DNA of 63,996 bases, the filler included, from Reclinomonas americana ATCC 50394 (Eukaryota), in assembly GCA_048213135.1 (NCBI GenBank). It is 5 parts of 5 records of this genome, joined end to end, with 100 filler letters (N's around TTAATTAATTAA, not from the genome) between each part and the next. Parts side by side here need not be neighbours in the genome. Positions count along the whole stretch, not along the records: positions 15,868 to 39,034 come from PS015384.1; positions 39,135 to 55,734 come from PS015385.1; 3 more parts are not named here. One strand, 5' to 3'. Numbering within the stretch: position 1 is the first letter of the stretch; the number at the start of each line of letters is the position of its first letter. The notes under the pieces are model-generated. The model ran no database searches, was not told where the DNA came from, and was given only the letters and a program-made list of their open reading frames with translations. Positions 38,670 to 51,861 of this stretch are shown here, piece by piece. The position numbers and the translations under genes are program-made.

Positions 38670-40876
38670 ATGCGACCGGAGCGTTCATGGCGGCTTCTGC
38701 TGCCTCTCGTGCTCCTCTTTGTCGTCTTCTACCTGCTCAAGCGACGCGGAGGCGCCACCGGGCGATTACCACCATTAGAGAACGTCGCACAATCACCACC
38801 TCCACCTTTGCAGTTGCGATCGTGGGCACTGGCGCAGCGCAAGCAACGCCCTGCGACACCGCCAGTGATCTCTGCTCGCGATTGCCTGTTGTCATCGACG
38901 TGGGCGGTGGTGGCTGCCTCGGATGGATCGGTGCTGGTCAATGAAGATCGCAGTGATTGGTTGGCCGGTGTGCCTCGAGTGCGACTTGTTGTTGATCGTG
39001 CGACTGTTGTCGTGGATGCGGCGATGATGATGATNNNNNNNNNNNNNNNNNNNNNNNNNNNNNNNNNNNNNNNNNNNNTTAATTAATTAANNNNNNNNNN
39101 NNNNNNNNNNNNNNNNNNNNNNNNNNNNNNNNNNGTGTGAGGAGGTGACGGAGGCGGCGGTGTGGTTGCCGGTGTCGGGGCATTTGGAGAACTTTTTCCA
39201 CTCGTTGCATGATGTGGCGTATCGGGCGGTGGCGGTGTTTCAGCGCGATGTGAGGCGTGCGTTGCGACGGGATGAGCTGCTGCGCGTGTTTGGTGTGGGC
39301 TGGGAGGCGGCGCTGGAGGAGTTGGTTTGTTTGTGCGATCCGGATCGTCTGCTATGCGCGCCTCACGTGTCTGACCAACGTCGGGTGCTGCTGGCAGGGG
39401 AGTGCACACTTTGTGCAGTTCATTGCTCCGCTGGGAGTGGAGCGGCTGGTGCCGAGCGGTGGCGCGTCGTCGTGTCGGTGCTTTGGGCGGGGAAGCAGTG
39501 CGCCGTCGTTTGGGCACGGCTTTCGCTCGCCGTATCGTGAGTTGTGGAGCTCGGCGGCGCAGAGTGACGACAATTGGCGGGCGGCGGAGCGCGCCACGCG
39601 CATGTTTCGGTGAGCGTGGGGAGAGAGTGTGTGTGTGGCGACTGTCGGGTCTCATGCTGTGTACTGGCAGGGCGCTGCTGGCGCAGCGCATTCTCGACTT
39701 TGAGTATCAGCCGGCGCGGTCCGCGAGAGAAGCCGCGTGCAAGGTGCCACTTTCGTCACACAAGTCTCTCCCTTTCTATGGCCTTCACTCACGCACGTGC
39801 ACGGCAGCGCGGTGCTCGACTGCGAGTGACGATTGCGCAGCGACCGGCGGGCGATCGCTCCTTTGTCGATCTCGAGCGCAGCATTCGCGACATGGAGACC
39901 TATCTCACGCCGGCGCACTCGATCCGCGTGGTGGATTTCGCCGAGTTGGACGAGCATGAGGCGGTATGAAGAAACGGGGTGCGAAGGAAAGAAAGAAAGT
40001 AACGAGTGTGTGTGCTTGCAGGTGGAGTCGATGGTCAGCACCGATGTGTTTGTCAGCGTGCACGGAGCGGCCATGAGCAACGCGGTGTTCCTCAGACCAG
40101 GTAATTGTCTAGGCCGCTGCAGACAAGGCGCCTTGTGAGAGCACCTTTAGCCACTGTGTTCTTCTCCTCCTCCCCATTCTGCAACCTCTGTCTTCATCTG
40201 TTGCTGCAAGGCCGCTACAGCTGCAGTCACTGTGTTCCTCAAACTGGGCACCCTTCCTCCTCTTCTTCTACTCCTCATCTTGTGTACAATTCTCCGTCTT
40301 CACAATAGCCGCTGCAGACAACGCGCTTCCTGAGAGTACCTTGGGCCTTAAACCAGGCACTCGATTTCGATCCTTATCTTCTCCCCCCTTCCCCTTTGCA
40401 GGCACGACGGCCATTGAGGTGTTCCCCCCACTGCAATGCGTGTGGGAATACGGTGGCGCGCTGTATCAGAACCCCGCCAACCTCGTCGGCGTGCAGTACT
40501 TGCGCTACTGCACGACGGTTCGCGCCACCAAGACGCACAACAATCACCCGTCAATTACCTACGAGGAGGAGGAGCGACTGCGTCGGGAGGTAATTATGCT
40601 TCCCCGCTTCTTTCCCGCTGTCGTTCCCCTCAGAGGGCTCATGCATAATGCACTCGTGTACAGCGCGCAGGCACGTCGGCCAACGATGCCTCCTTGCAAC
40701 AACAACAAATGTTGTTTTGGGTTTCCACGGTGCGCTTGTCGGGCAAGGAACTCGCGCAGCTACTGTTGCAGGCCAAGCAGAATATGTGTGCCGAGTATCA
40801 GGATGAGGAGGAGAAGGAGAAGGAGGGAAGGGAGAAGGGCGACGGTAGCGGGGCGGAGCAAATAGCACCTTCATGA
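38670..40876 (+). CDS. Glycosyltransferase family 61 (DUF563; EOGT/POMGNT2-like), type II membrane; spans the contig spacer so the join is inferred
   Basis: N-terminal TM anchor; NFFHSLHD; DVFVSVHGAAMSNAVFLRPGTTAIEVFP. Confidence 0.78.
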
Positions 40877-41081
40877 AAGAGCAGCCCAAAAAGGCAAGTG
40901 CATCTGAAAATTCTAAAACTCTGAACGAACCCCACACAAAACACTTGCCTGGGCGCGATAAAAAGGTGAGGCCCCATGAGCTCTTCCTCCACACGGGCGT
41001 GCGCACTGGGGAGTTTCTTTGTGCTTCTTCCTGTGTTTCTGTACTGCGAGAACTTTTTAGTGCCAAAACTCTAACTTTTAC

Positions 41082-42967
41082 ATGCTCTCTCGCACGTGCC
41101 CCAACACACTCATTCCTTCTGTGCTGTGTGGATTATGTTCATACGTGTGTGTGCGTCTGTGCGTGTGCGCGTGTGTTGATGCGTGGATTCATCACGAACT
41201 CACCAAGATTCTATTGTGCCAACGTCAGCGCAAGCGTGTGTTATTTCTTTCCTTTCTCCTCGCACTTGCCCGCCATCTTCAGTCACTCTCTTCGTGCGTG
41301 TTGTGTGGGGTGTGTGTTGGGTGTGGGTGCGTGTTGTGTAGTTGGATAAAGTTTTTGACCAAAACTCTAAATGCGCACGCACAGAACTCATCAACACAAT
41401 CACCATCAACAACACTTCCATGCCTGCCTCAGAAACGCCCTCCCCGCCTCAACCAGCCACCATGGCACCCCACAAGCTGCCAGCAGGAGCGGCCCCCGCC
41501 ATCGCCCTGGTGCCACCTGCTGTCCCAACGGCTGTCGCCAAGCACGACGACCACAGCCACGACGACGACGAGTGCTGTCCGCTGGCCTACTTGCGCCCAC
41601 TGCGTGCACTCGCGCCACACGTGCAAAAGACGCGCCTGCTCGGCGCCGCCCTGACGTGGGAGCCGACGAGTGCGTCAGTTGAGCCGACCGAGTGGCTTGC
41701 GTCATTTGCCTGCGACGGCTCGGTGGCGGTCGCATGCACCGAGGCGGCCACCGCCGACACGGTCACGTACTCGTGGCGAACCAGTGGTGGTGGCCAGACG
41801 GCGTCGTTGGCGTGGATGTCGCCCGAGTTGCTGTTGACGGGCGGCAGCGACGGCGCGCTCCGCTTGTGGAACGTCAAGAACGTCAATGTGGCCACGTCGA
41901 CTCCGTACCTGGTCGAAACCGTCAGCAAATTGCACCGGCAGGCGGTCAACGTGCTGGCCATGTCGCCGGTGACCGACCACGCCGTGTCGGCGTCGGTCGA
42001 TGGCGGCTTGTGCGTGCACACTGTGTCGCGCGGCGTCGCCGGATCCACTTGCATGGGCATTGACGGGCGACGGTCGGTGGTGCTGGACGGCCACTTTGAC
42101 TGCATCACCGCCGTCGACTTTGATCCGCGTGGACAGCTGCTGGTCACTGCCTCGCGCGATCGCACGGCGCGTGTGTGGAGGTTGGTTGTCAGCAACGTGT
42201 TCGGATTGAGATCCAGTATTCACTTCCCTACTCCCTCTATTTCCTGCAGACTACCGACGACTGGCGGCGGCGGCAACACCACCAAGTGCGCTGCTGTACT
42301 GCGCGGTCACGCGGACGAGGTGACAGCAGTGGCGTGGCGCGACAATGAGCTGGTGACGGCGAGCGCCGATGGCTTCTTGCGGGTGTGGGGCGTCGACCGC
42401 GACCAGGACGCCGTGAGCGTGCAACAGCAGTCGTCGACGCCAGTGCCAGCTGGACTGCAGACGGTGCAGGCCATGGCATTTGATGCCTCCAGGACGGTGC
42501 TGGCCACCGCCACCGGCAGCGTCGTCACCATGTTCCGCGTGACGGTGGACGAGACGGGAAGCCACCACGTGTTGCTGCCACTCGGCCGCCTGGTCACTGG
42601 CCACACGGACCGCATCGTGTCACTGTCGTGGCACGCAGCGAGCGGCCGCCTGTGCACCGCCGCACTCGACCAGACCGTGCGAGTGATGGCCAACCCTGTA
42701 GGTTTGTGATGCGGCGCTGAGCGGATGCCCTTGACCGATTGACTTACGCAATGTGGCGCAGATGACATGTACGGCGAAATGTGCATGATGGAGGACGCGC
42801 TGGCGGTGCTCATTGCGCGTGAGCAGGTGGAGGCCGACAGGCCACAACGCAACGCGCACATGCCGTCCATTCCGCTGCTGGCAGTCCACATTGCGCAACA
42901 GCTGACGCGCACCTTGTGCTCGCGGAGGCGGCCTCTGAGCGATGCCGTTGCACTCTTCGCTCCCTGA
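41082..42967 (+). CDS. WD40-repeat protein, unassigned; start uncertain
   Basis: LLTGGSDGALRLWN, GHFDCITAVDFDPRGQLLVTASRDRTARVW, GHADEVTAVAW, GHTDRIVSLSW. Confidence 0.75.
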
Positions 42968-43016
42968 AAATAATGGGGGAGGTGAAGGCACTTGCGAAAA
43001 AATGAACCATTGTAAT

Positions 43017-45222
43017 CTAGTTGTTCAGAAAGTGACGAATGAGGTCGTCGATTGGCACCGCCGTCTGCGTCTTCGCCACCATGTCGCGCACAATCACCGA
43101 GCGCGATCCACGATACTCCTGCTCCGCGACAATGACGGCATGCGAGCTGTTGACTGCTGACGCACGGGAGAGCTGCTGCGACAGCGTTCCCTTGTTGTTC
43201 AGATCGTGCAACACCACAAAACCGGCTTGCCTGTGACATCGAAAAGAGAAGATAGAAGAGGGTGAGCGAGCTGCAAGCAGAGAGAGAAAAAGGGGGGAGG
43301 AAGAGAAAGAACACTGGAGAGAGAGAGAGGAGAGAAAATCGACAAGAGAAGGGGAGACAGCACAAACAACCAGAAAGAAAGAGAGAACGCAGCGAGAGAC
43401 ACGCAAAGAATGGAATTCCCTTCGCATTGACAACAGAGTATTGTAACACGAAAGGCGTGAGTGAAAGAGAGTCAGAGACAACAAAGAGAAAGAGAAAGTC
43501 AGAGAGAAGCACAGCAAGAGACACACACAACACAGTCAAGGCCCCTTCACGCTTCCCCCCCTTCACCCTTTCCCCTTTTCCCCTTATCTTCACACTCACC
43601 GCAAGCGATCACCAACATGCAGTGCTTCGATGCCCAACTCGACGTCGGAGGCCGGCAGCGTAAGGAGCGACACTGTGGGCGGTGCTTCGACACCAATCGG
43701 CCGCGGCTCCAGGAGCATCAGACGATTCAGTCCACATGCCCATCTGCACTCGACAGTGAGGCCAGCAATACAAAAAAATATGGAGGGACGAGCTCGACGC
43801 ACCCAATGGCCGGCACCACCGTGGTCTTCTTTGAGGACAACTGCTGCACCAGATCGTCGTATCGGCCACCGGCGAGAACTGCCGACTGCGCACCAATATC
43901 ACCACTGCAAGAGAATCAAAGTCACACAGTGAGGCAATGAGCAGCATCATCGCTGCTGCAGGATGCAGCCGCACCTGAGGAATTCAAAGCATGTGTGCGT
44001 GTAGTAGTCGAGACCTCGGACCAAGCGCGGATTCACAGTGTACGCTACGCCGAGACTGTCCAGAGCGCGAAGAACGACTGCAAACCTGCATTGCTGACTG
44101 ATGAATAACAAGTGCACTGCCACACGACAAGCTCATCTTCTCAGGCACCCACCGTTCCCGACTCTCCTCGCTCAAGTGGTCGCTCAACAGTGGTGCTCCG
44201 GCGACAATCTGCACGTCGCCAGGCGACTTTGAATCCAGCACGCGCATCGGGTTTCCACGCTCCACTCTGCTCACCAGCTGATGAACAACAAGACACGAGG
44301 TACTGGAGCACATAAGTCGCGAAGCATCACCGTCGCTGACTGTCCTCCGACAGCTGATCCCAGTGAGCACGCAAGTAGTCGACCAGCACTTTGGAGTAGA
44401 GTTCGCGACTGGCCGCGTCGCCCAGTGTGTTGATCTCCAGCTGAGAAAACGCACTGTTTTAGCCTGTTGTTGCCTCTCTTCGTCCTCCCCAGCGACGCAC
44501 CGTTAGCTTGGCATCCGCGGGCAAGCCAGCATCGCGCCGCAAAAAGTAATCGGCGCACTGAATCACTTCCGCGTCGGCCAGCGGCGACGCGAATCCAAAC
44601 TGTTCCACACCGAACTGGTAAAAGCAGCGCAAGCGACCGCGCTGCGGTCTCTCGTATCGAAACATGGGACCACAGTAGTAGTAGCGCTGTGGCAGATGTG
44701 TCCAGTCGCCACTCGTCAACAGCGCACGCACCACACCTGCAGAATGCCTGCGAGTGAGCACGAGTGCGTACAGTGTGGATATCTTGCACACACACACACC
44801 AGCCGTGTTCTCCGGGCGCAGCGACAGCATGTGATCGGAGCGATCGGTGAACGTGTACATCTCCTTGGCCACCACATCGGTGGTGTCGCCGAGTGAGCGT
44901 TGGAACAACTCGGTGCGCTCGACCACAGGAGTGATGATCTAATGGAGTGCATGATGCGCGAATCAGTGCATGCACGCACACACGCATGCATGTGCTTGTG
45001 TGCAACCTCTTCGTAGCCATAGGCAATAGCTGTGCTCCTCGCTGCCTCATGCAGCGCACCGAGCAGACGACCCTCTGCATGCATAATGTCGGGCATTCCC
45101 CTTACACTAGGCACAGTCGACACTGCGCGACACAGCGTGGGATCAGCGAGTGAGGCGCACATCACACACACACGTCACACAGGCGAACCCCATCGTCTGC
45201 CGAGCAGCACTTGTCTCAGCAT
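43017..45222 (-). CDS. hisS: Histidyl-tRNA synthetase, bacterial/organellar type, probably mitochondrial
   Basis: [69 protein letters not shown]; short R-rich N-terminus. Confidence 0.93.
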
Positions 45223-45403
45223 GATGTGATATGACGAGAGGGACAGAGGACGACGCTTCACTTGTCTCGTTTCTCAGCTGTGCGTCGCTGTCTCCACACT
45301 GTGCATGCATGCACGGAGAGCGCGGGAAGACTGCAAGTCACTGGCCATCCCATCGATCTCTGGAGAGAGAGATGCGCGTCGACAACACCAATCATCATCT
45401 GTG

Positions 45404-45672
45404 TCACTGTCCTCCCGCTGGTGGTGGTGCTGATGACGATGACGACGATGACACACCACCACTGCTGTCACCACCACCACCACCACCTGCTCCCTGTTGC
45501 TGACCGTGTTGAGGATGATGATGATTGTGATGCTGACACGACTTGTGATGTCTGCGTCGCTGATGACGACCACCTCCCTGCTGTCGATCGTCGTCGTCAC
45601 TCGAGTCGTCGTCCTCTTCTTCACTGGAGCTCTCGCCAAACGCTCGTCGCTTGTGGAAGATGCAGCATTCTG
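45404..45672 (-). CDS. PPP1R11: PP1 inhibitor-3 (Ypi1/PPP1R11), C-terminal exon; N-terminus in gap
   Basis: CCIFHKRRAFGESSSEEEDDD signature. Confidence 0.75.
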
Positions 45673-46182
45673 TGAGAGGAAAACGCGATTCAGAGGTGAT
45701 CACTCTCGCATCACTTGTTGTCCTCCCTTCCTTTCTCTTCTTCTTCTTCTTCTTCTTCTTCTTCTTCTTCTTCTTCTTCTTCTCTCTCTCTCTCTCTCTC
45801 TCTCGCNNNNNNNNNNNNNNNNNNNNNNNNNNNNNNNNNNNNNNNNNNNNNNNNNNNNNNNNNNNNNNNNNNNNNNNNNNNNNNNNNNNNNNNNNNNNNN
45901 NNNNNNNNNNNNNNNNNNNNNNNNNNNNNNNNNNNNNNNNNNNNNNNNNNNNNNNNNNNNNNNNNNNNNNNNNNNNNNNNNNNNNNNNNNNNNNNNNNNN
46001 NNNNNNNNNNNNNNNNNNNNNNNNNNNNNNNNNNNNNNNNNNNNNNNNNNNNNNNNNNNNNNNNNNNNNNNNNNNNNNNNNNNNNNNNNNNNNNNNNNNN
46101 NNNNNNNNNNNNNNNNNNNNNNNCGTACAGAGCGAGCACGAAGGGTGTTTGTTTGAGTGTGTTGTGTTGCGTTGTGTGAAGT

Positions 46183-46307
46183 ATGGGCATCGCGATCGAG
46201 ATCATCAAGAGCGGCAACACGCGCAACCAGCCTGCCAAGGTGAGAGAGAAAGAGAGAAGAGAGAAGAAGAGGAAAAAGAGAGAGAGCAAGTGTGAGTGAA
46301 TGAGTCA

Positions 46308-46348
<41 letters not shown>

Positions 46349-46955
46349 CGTGTGTGTCATTGCTCACGTTGTGTTCACTGTGCAGGGTCAGACTGTGTCG
46401 ATTCATTACACTGCCATGGTATGTCTCTCGTTCTCTCTCTCCTCTCCCTGTGTGTGTGTTGTTGTTGTTGTTTGTGACGTTTTCGTGTGTGTGCTTCTTG
46501 CGCCAGTTCTCCGATGGCACACAATGGGATTCGACGCACGAGCGAGGGCGGCCGTTCAAGTTCCGACTTGGCATTGGAGAAGTGATCTCAGGTGCGTTCT
46601 CTCTCGTCTCTATCTCTGTTTGTTTTGTGTCTCACTTGCGTTTCTCATTGTGCGTGCGCCACGTGTGTAGGTCTCGACGAGGGCGTTGCACAGGTCTTGC
46701 TGACACGATGTTCGATATCTCCTTGTTCTCTGTTTCTCACACCAGCAGCTCTCTGTCACACACAGCTCACTCTCGGCGACCGCGCCAAGGTCAAGATGAC
46801 GGCCGATCGTGCGTTTGGCAAGCAGGGACTGTCCAAGCTGTTGCGTCGCGCAGAGAGCCTCCGTCGTTTTGGCGGTGTCTGATGAGCTGTTGTTGAGCAG
46901 GGTGCCTCCGGACTCCCCGGTGGTGTTCGACGTTGAGCTGCTCAGCTTCCAGTAA
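46183..46955 (+). CDS. FKBP12-type peptidyl-prolyl isomerase, 6 exons
   Basis: MGIAIEIIKSG..GQTVSIHYT..DGTQWDST.ERGRPFKFRLGIGEVISGLDEGVAQL..VPPDSPVVFDVELL. Confidence 0.93.
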
Positions 46956-47076
46956 ACGCACAGGTGTATCATGATATGCGCAAGCCTCCACTGGGGTTCC
47001 CTCTCTTAGAGAGACCACAAGAAAGAAACGGGCGAAAAGGGGAACAACGGGGGAAGGCGGTGAAGCTCTACCAGGC

Positions 47077-47696
47077 TCACTCGGATGCGGCGGCGGCACT
47101 GGCGTCTGTGCCGCCAGTCGCCGACTCTGGAACCTGCAAGTTTTGCGACTTGCACCAGCTGAGGAGTGCCTCGAGCCGATCCGAGGTCTTGGTGCGCTCC
47201 TCCTGCAGCGTACGACACAGATCTTGCAGACTCGACATGCGCTTCTCCAGCACGGCCCGCTGCTGCGCTCCTTGTTGCAACTGCACCCAGCCGTGAGACG
47301 TCCATCGAGAGAAGCAACAGCGGCAGCAAGAACACAAACCTCCTCCTGCAGAGTCAGCAGGGCGCCGTTCTTTTGCATCACGCTGGCTCTGAGTTCCACA
47401 TTCTCTCGCTTTTGTGTCTCCATGGTCTTGTGCACGTTGGAGATGGTGGTGCTGCTGTCCTTGATGTGTTTTGAAAACTCCTCGAAGCGAGAGGCGTACT
47501 CGGCCAGCTGCTGCTCGTGGTGCTTCTTCACGTCGAGAAGCAACTGGCGATCCTCCATCAGCGCTTGCATCTGTCATGTGCGGGTGGTCAGCCACACCTT
47601 CCACGCCACGCTCTGTCCAGTTCTCTCACAGTCGTTGTCGCTCTCTTCTTCTCCGTGGGTCACATTATCTGTGTCCCTGTCGTGCCTTTCTTCCTT

Positions 47697-47733
<37 letters not shown>

Positions 47734-48527
47734 CCTTCTTCTTTCCTCATCTCCTCTCATTTCTTTTTCTCCCATCTGCTCTGCATGTCAAAATCCCTCA
47801 TCGCCTTGTCTCTCTCTCTCCGTGAACGTGTTCCATTCTCTCACAGCCTGCGTCTCTTTCTCTCCCTGTGTATCTTCATTTTTGTGCAATCCCTCGTCTC
47901 TCTGCTTCTTTTTTCTCTCCAACATGTCTCTAACGCCATCCCCTCCCTCTCTTTCTGCTCTTCTTCTTTCCACCCGACCTCTTACTTTCCTTCTTGCTCT
48001 CTTCCACATTCCACATCTTCTCCCTCTTCCCCTCTCCCTTTCCCTCTCTCTCTTCTCTCCCTCCCNNNNNNNNNNNNNNNNNNNNNNNNNNNNNNNNNNN
48101 NNNNNNNNNNNNNNNNNNNNNNNNNNNNNNNNNNNNNNNNNNNNNNNCTGACAACACACATAAGCACACATACACACACAGAGTAGACAAACAGCACACA
48201 GAGACCTTTTCTCGCGCCTCCTGCTCTCGCGCGGCCGCATAGGCGCGCGCATCAAACGGGCCCGACAACTCCAACTCCACCAGTCGCTCCTGCACGCGGT
48301 TCTGCAGCACGTGCGACTGTGCATCGCCCTCTCCACTGCTACTGCCGCCCGCAGCAGTCGCAGTCGCAGAGGCCACAGCAGCACTGGCACCTGAGGACTC
48401 TCCACTGGCCACTGTCGTGGTCACCGCGTCTGACAATGATGCAATGAGCGAGTGAGCGAGTGACGCACACACAGAGAGAGAGAGCGCGCGTACCACTCGA
48501 CGGCTTCTCCTTCTTGCGCGACTGCAT
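47077..48527 (-). CDS. Taxilin-family coiled-coil protein (gap inside)
   Basis: QLAEYASRFEEFSKHIKDS and LQDLCRTLQEER resemble taxilin motifs. Confidence 0.72.
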
Positions 48528-48602
48528 CGTTGCTCTGTGTGAGAGTGTGTTGTGTTTCCCGCCACAATCCGCTGGATCGACGAGTTCGTACTTTTGTCAA
48601 TC

Positions 48603-51582
48603 ATGCTGTTGCGCGGTCGCCTGCTGGTGGCCGCTGCCTGTGCACTGCTGCTGCTGCTTGTGTCGGCGTCGACGATGCAGGTGGCGTGGGGAGAGTTGAG
48701 GCCGGAAGACCCGTCGCGAGTTGCGTCTTTTACACACACACATGAAGGCACGCGCACATTGGCACGCGCACTCTCTCTCTCTCTCTCTGTGTCTCCGTAA
48801 TCCATTGCGCACACGAGCAAGCGAGCGAGGGAGAGGGTGTGTGTCTTGCTTGGCACGCGCACATGGCGTCATTGCCGACCACAAATTCGTTCAACTCTCC
48901 TCTTTGCTCACGTTCCTCTCTTTGTACTGTGCAGCATCGCGATGCTCACTCTGTGTCGTTCCCGGTGCGCATTGGCGCCGATGGACGCATGGACCACTGG
49001 TCGCACGGAGGATCCACTGTCATCACCGACTCGTTCATCCGCGTGACTCCGGCGCTGCCGAGTTCGCACGGCTCACTGTGGAACATGGAGGTACGGTCCC
49101 ATTATTGAAAATGCATCTCTCTCTCTTGTGATCGATGTCGTCGTGATGTGATTGACACGTGTGATTTCATCTGCAGCCGGTTGCGGCATCGGCGTGGGAA
49201 ATCACCTTCCACTTCCGCATTCATGGACCCAAGTCGCCGGGCGCCGATGGCATGGCACTGTGGTACATTTCGCATCCGGCGCCCGCGGGTCCGGCATACG
49301 GCGCGTCGCCCAAGTTCAAGGGTCTCGGCATTGTTTTTGATACGTTTGACAATGACGGCATGCGCGACAATCCCAAGATCCAGGCCGTCTACAGCGAGGA
49401 CGCGCGTATTCCGTACGATATGAGTGAGGATGGCTCGCGTGTGGAGATCGGCTCGTGTGTGGCGTACTATCGCAACTTGCCGCACCCGGCCGTCATCAAG
49501 GTCCGCTACGAGCAGCGCACCTTGTCGGTGCACTTTAACCTGCGCAAGGGCGTCGGCACCTTTGTCGAGTGCTTCACCGTGCCCAACGTCAACCTGCCCC
49601 AGTACTACTACTTGGGCGTCACAGGCGCCACTGGCAGTCTGTCTGGTGTGTGTGTGTCGGTTGAGTGGCAATGATTCTCGCGTGACTGCCCTCACTCACG
49701 GTTGCGCAGATTACCACGAGGTCCACGGCCTGTCGTTTGTCGATCTCTCGCCGGTGAGTCGGTGATGGTGGTGATGGCGATTGTTGCCACGCATGGTCTT
49801 ACCTCTCCCTCCCTCCCTCCCTCTCCCTTGTTGTACCGCAGGGCGCTGGCTCGTCGGACCCCGAGAACGCACCGGCGGCGGCGACTTCGGCGATTCCGCC
49901 TGGAGCCACGACTAACGCCGCGTCGGCCACCAGTTGTGTACCTTTGCATTGTTGGTCTTCTTCTTCTTCGTCTTCCATGGTTGCTGAACTGCGTTGCTCG
50001 TGGTGCAGCTGAGGAGCCGGCTCCTTCGGCCTCGTTCGACAACCCCGAGTTTTTGAAGGTATGTACTGATTCAATTCACCGTCCCACGATCGATACTCAC
50101 GCTGTCGCGGTCATGTTTATATGTGTTAGGCCTTCCGCCGCAAGCTGAAGGCCATGCGTGACGCGGAGCGCGCTGCGGCGGCGAACGGCGGTGATCCGTC
50201 TCGTGCCGACGACCCTGCACGCCAGCACTACAATCAGTACAAGCATCAGGAGTCGGGAGATTCCGTGCCGAGTTCTGTGCAATCCGACGACGCGAGCAGC
50301 GACAACAATGACAACAACAACAACAACAAGAGCAATCCACCACCGCCGACTCCGCGTACCGAGTACAGCCCGCCTCCGTCGGCTCGTCAGCTCAACAGCG
50401 AGCCGTCCATGAGTTGCGTTGTTGATGTCTTCTCTGCTCTTCCTTGTTTTGCCCTTCTCGCTCACCGAGACGGCTGGCGTGCAGGCATTGCCGAGTCGGA
50501 GCTCAAGTCCGAAGTCAAGCAGCTGATGACCAGTGGTCATGAGAGGATTATCGGCGAAATCAGCAAGATGACCACTGGTGTCGCCGATCGCTGGAACTCG
50601 CAGGAGGCCAAGGTGCGTGTGTGCGTGTGCACGTGTGTGCTCCTTTCGCTCATGCCACTCATCCTCCCACTCTCTTTGTGAACGCCTGCAGCTCGACAGC
50701 ATCCACAACCTGGCTGTGGCCGTGGAGAAGATTGTGACTCACATTCCCAACGAGGACGCGTTGCGCGCGGTGCGTGTCGTCTACTGCGCGTCCCTCGCAC
50801 AGGATGTGTGTGTGCTGATACTTTGATTGTGCTGCAGGCCCTGGCTGTGGCACTTGCCGAGGCCAAGATCTCTGCGGCTCCTGCCAGCAGCAGCGATAAC
50901 AAGGGTGATGCCGCGGTGGAGAATGCGACTGTCATGTTGCGTTTTGATGGCAGTGGAATGGATGGTGATTGCACGAATCTCCACGTCGCTCACATCGGTG
51001 CAGTACCGCCATGTTGCAAGGAATCATGCACACGCTGGAGGCACACACCAAGGGATTCGGTGATCGCATGCTGACGGTGGAGACCAAGATGTCGGATGTG
51101 CTGTCGCACGCCGAGCGCGACGAGAACTCGCGCTCCACCGCTCTCGGCTACCTCACCAACATTGATCGCGGCGTCAAGGATGTCATCCCGTCGGTGGTGC
51201 AGCAGTGGGGCTCCACCAACAACGAAATCATCCAGAACCTGCGCAAGGAGCTCAACGCTGTGCGCAACTCTGTGACCGCCATTGAGGAGCACATTACCGG
51301 TTTCCGCCAGGTGGCCGAGTCGCTGCCGCAACAGGTGCGCGCGGCACTGGCCGGCGCCCCCGCTCCCACGGCGTCGTATGGCGAAGGTGGGGATTTCAGC
51401 GGCGGCAACGGTGGCGCCTCATGGTGGGTGATTGCCATTATGCTGTTTGCCAACACGTGCATTCTGGTGAGCTTTTGTGCCCTCTTCCATGGCTTGCATG
51501 ACGAGTTGTTGGTTCTCACACACACACACAGCTACTGTACTTCAAGATCAAGGAAAGAAAGGAGCACAGCAAGTACCTGTAA
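48603..51582 (+). CDS. L-type lectin cargo receptor ERGIC-53/Emp47-like
   Basis: Signal peptide, FIRVTP..GSLWN, GADGMALWY, FKGLGIVFDTFDND, YYLGVTGATGSLSDYHEV, coiled coil, TM helix and KERKEHSKYL tail. Confidence 0.88.
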
Positions 51583-51677
51583 GACTACAGCAACTCGCCG
51601 TCCGCAAGACACCCTTCCTTTGTTGATCTTCAAGAATGAAAATCCGCGTCATTGATTTGTGTCCGTAATCGTCGACA

Positions 51678-51826
51678 ATGGTGCGGCGTGGTTCGCCGCC
51701 GCGCTGGTCGCATTCCACCACCTCGTCACTATCTATGCATCTGTGCCTGCTGACGATCGTGTGGTGTGTCAGCATGTGCCAAGGCAAGTAGATTCACAAA
51801 CATGCACACTCGTCCCCGTCTCACCG

Positions 51827-51861
<35 letters not shown>

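Noticed and set aside
40941..41040. ACACTTGCCTGG resembling the U1 snRNA 5' end
   Set aside because: No U1-70K loop (GATCA..AAG), U1A loop (ATTGCAC) or clear Sm site follows.
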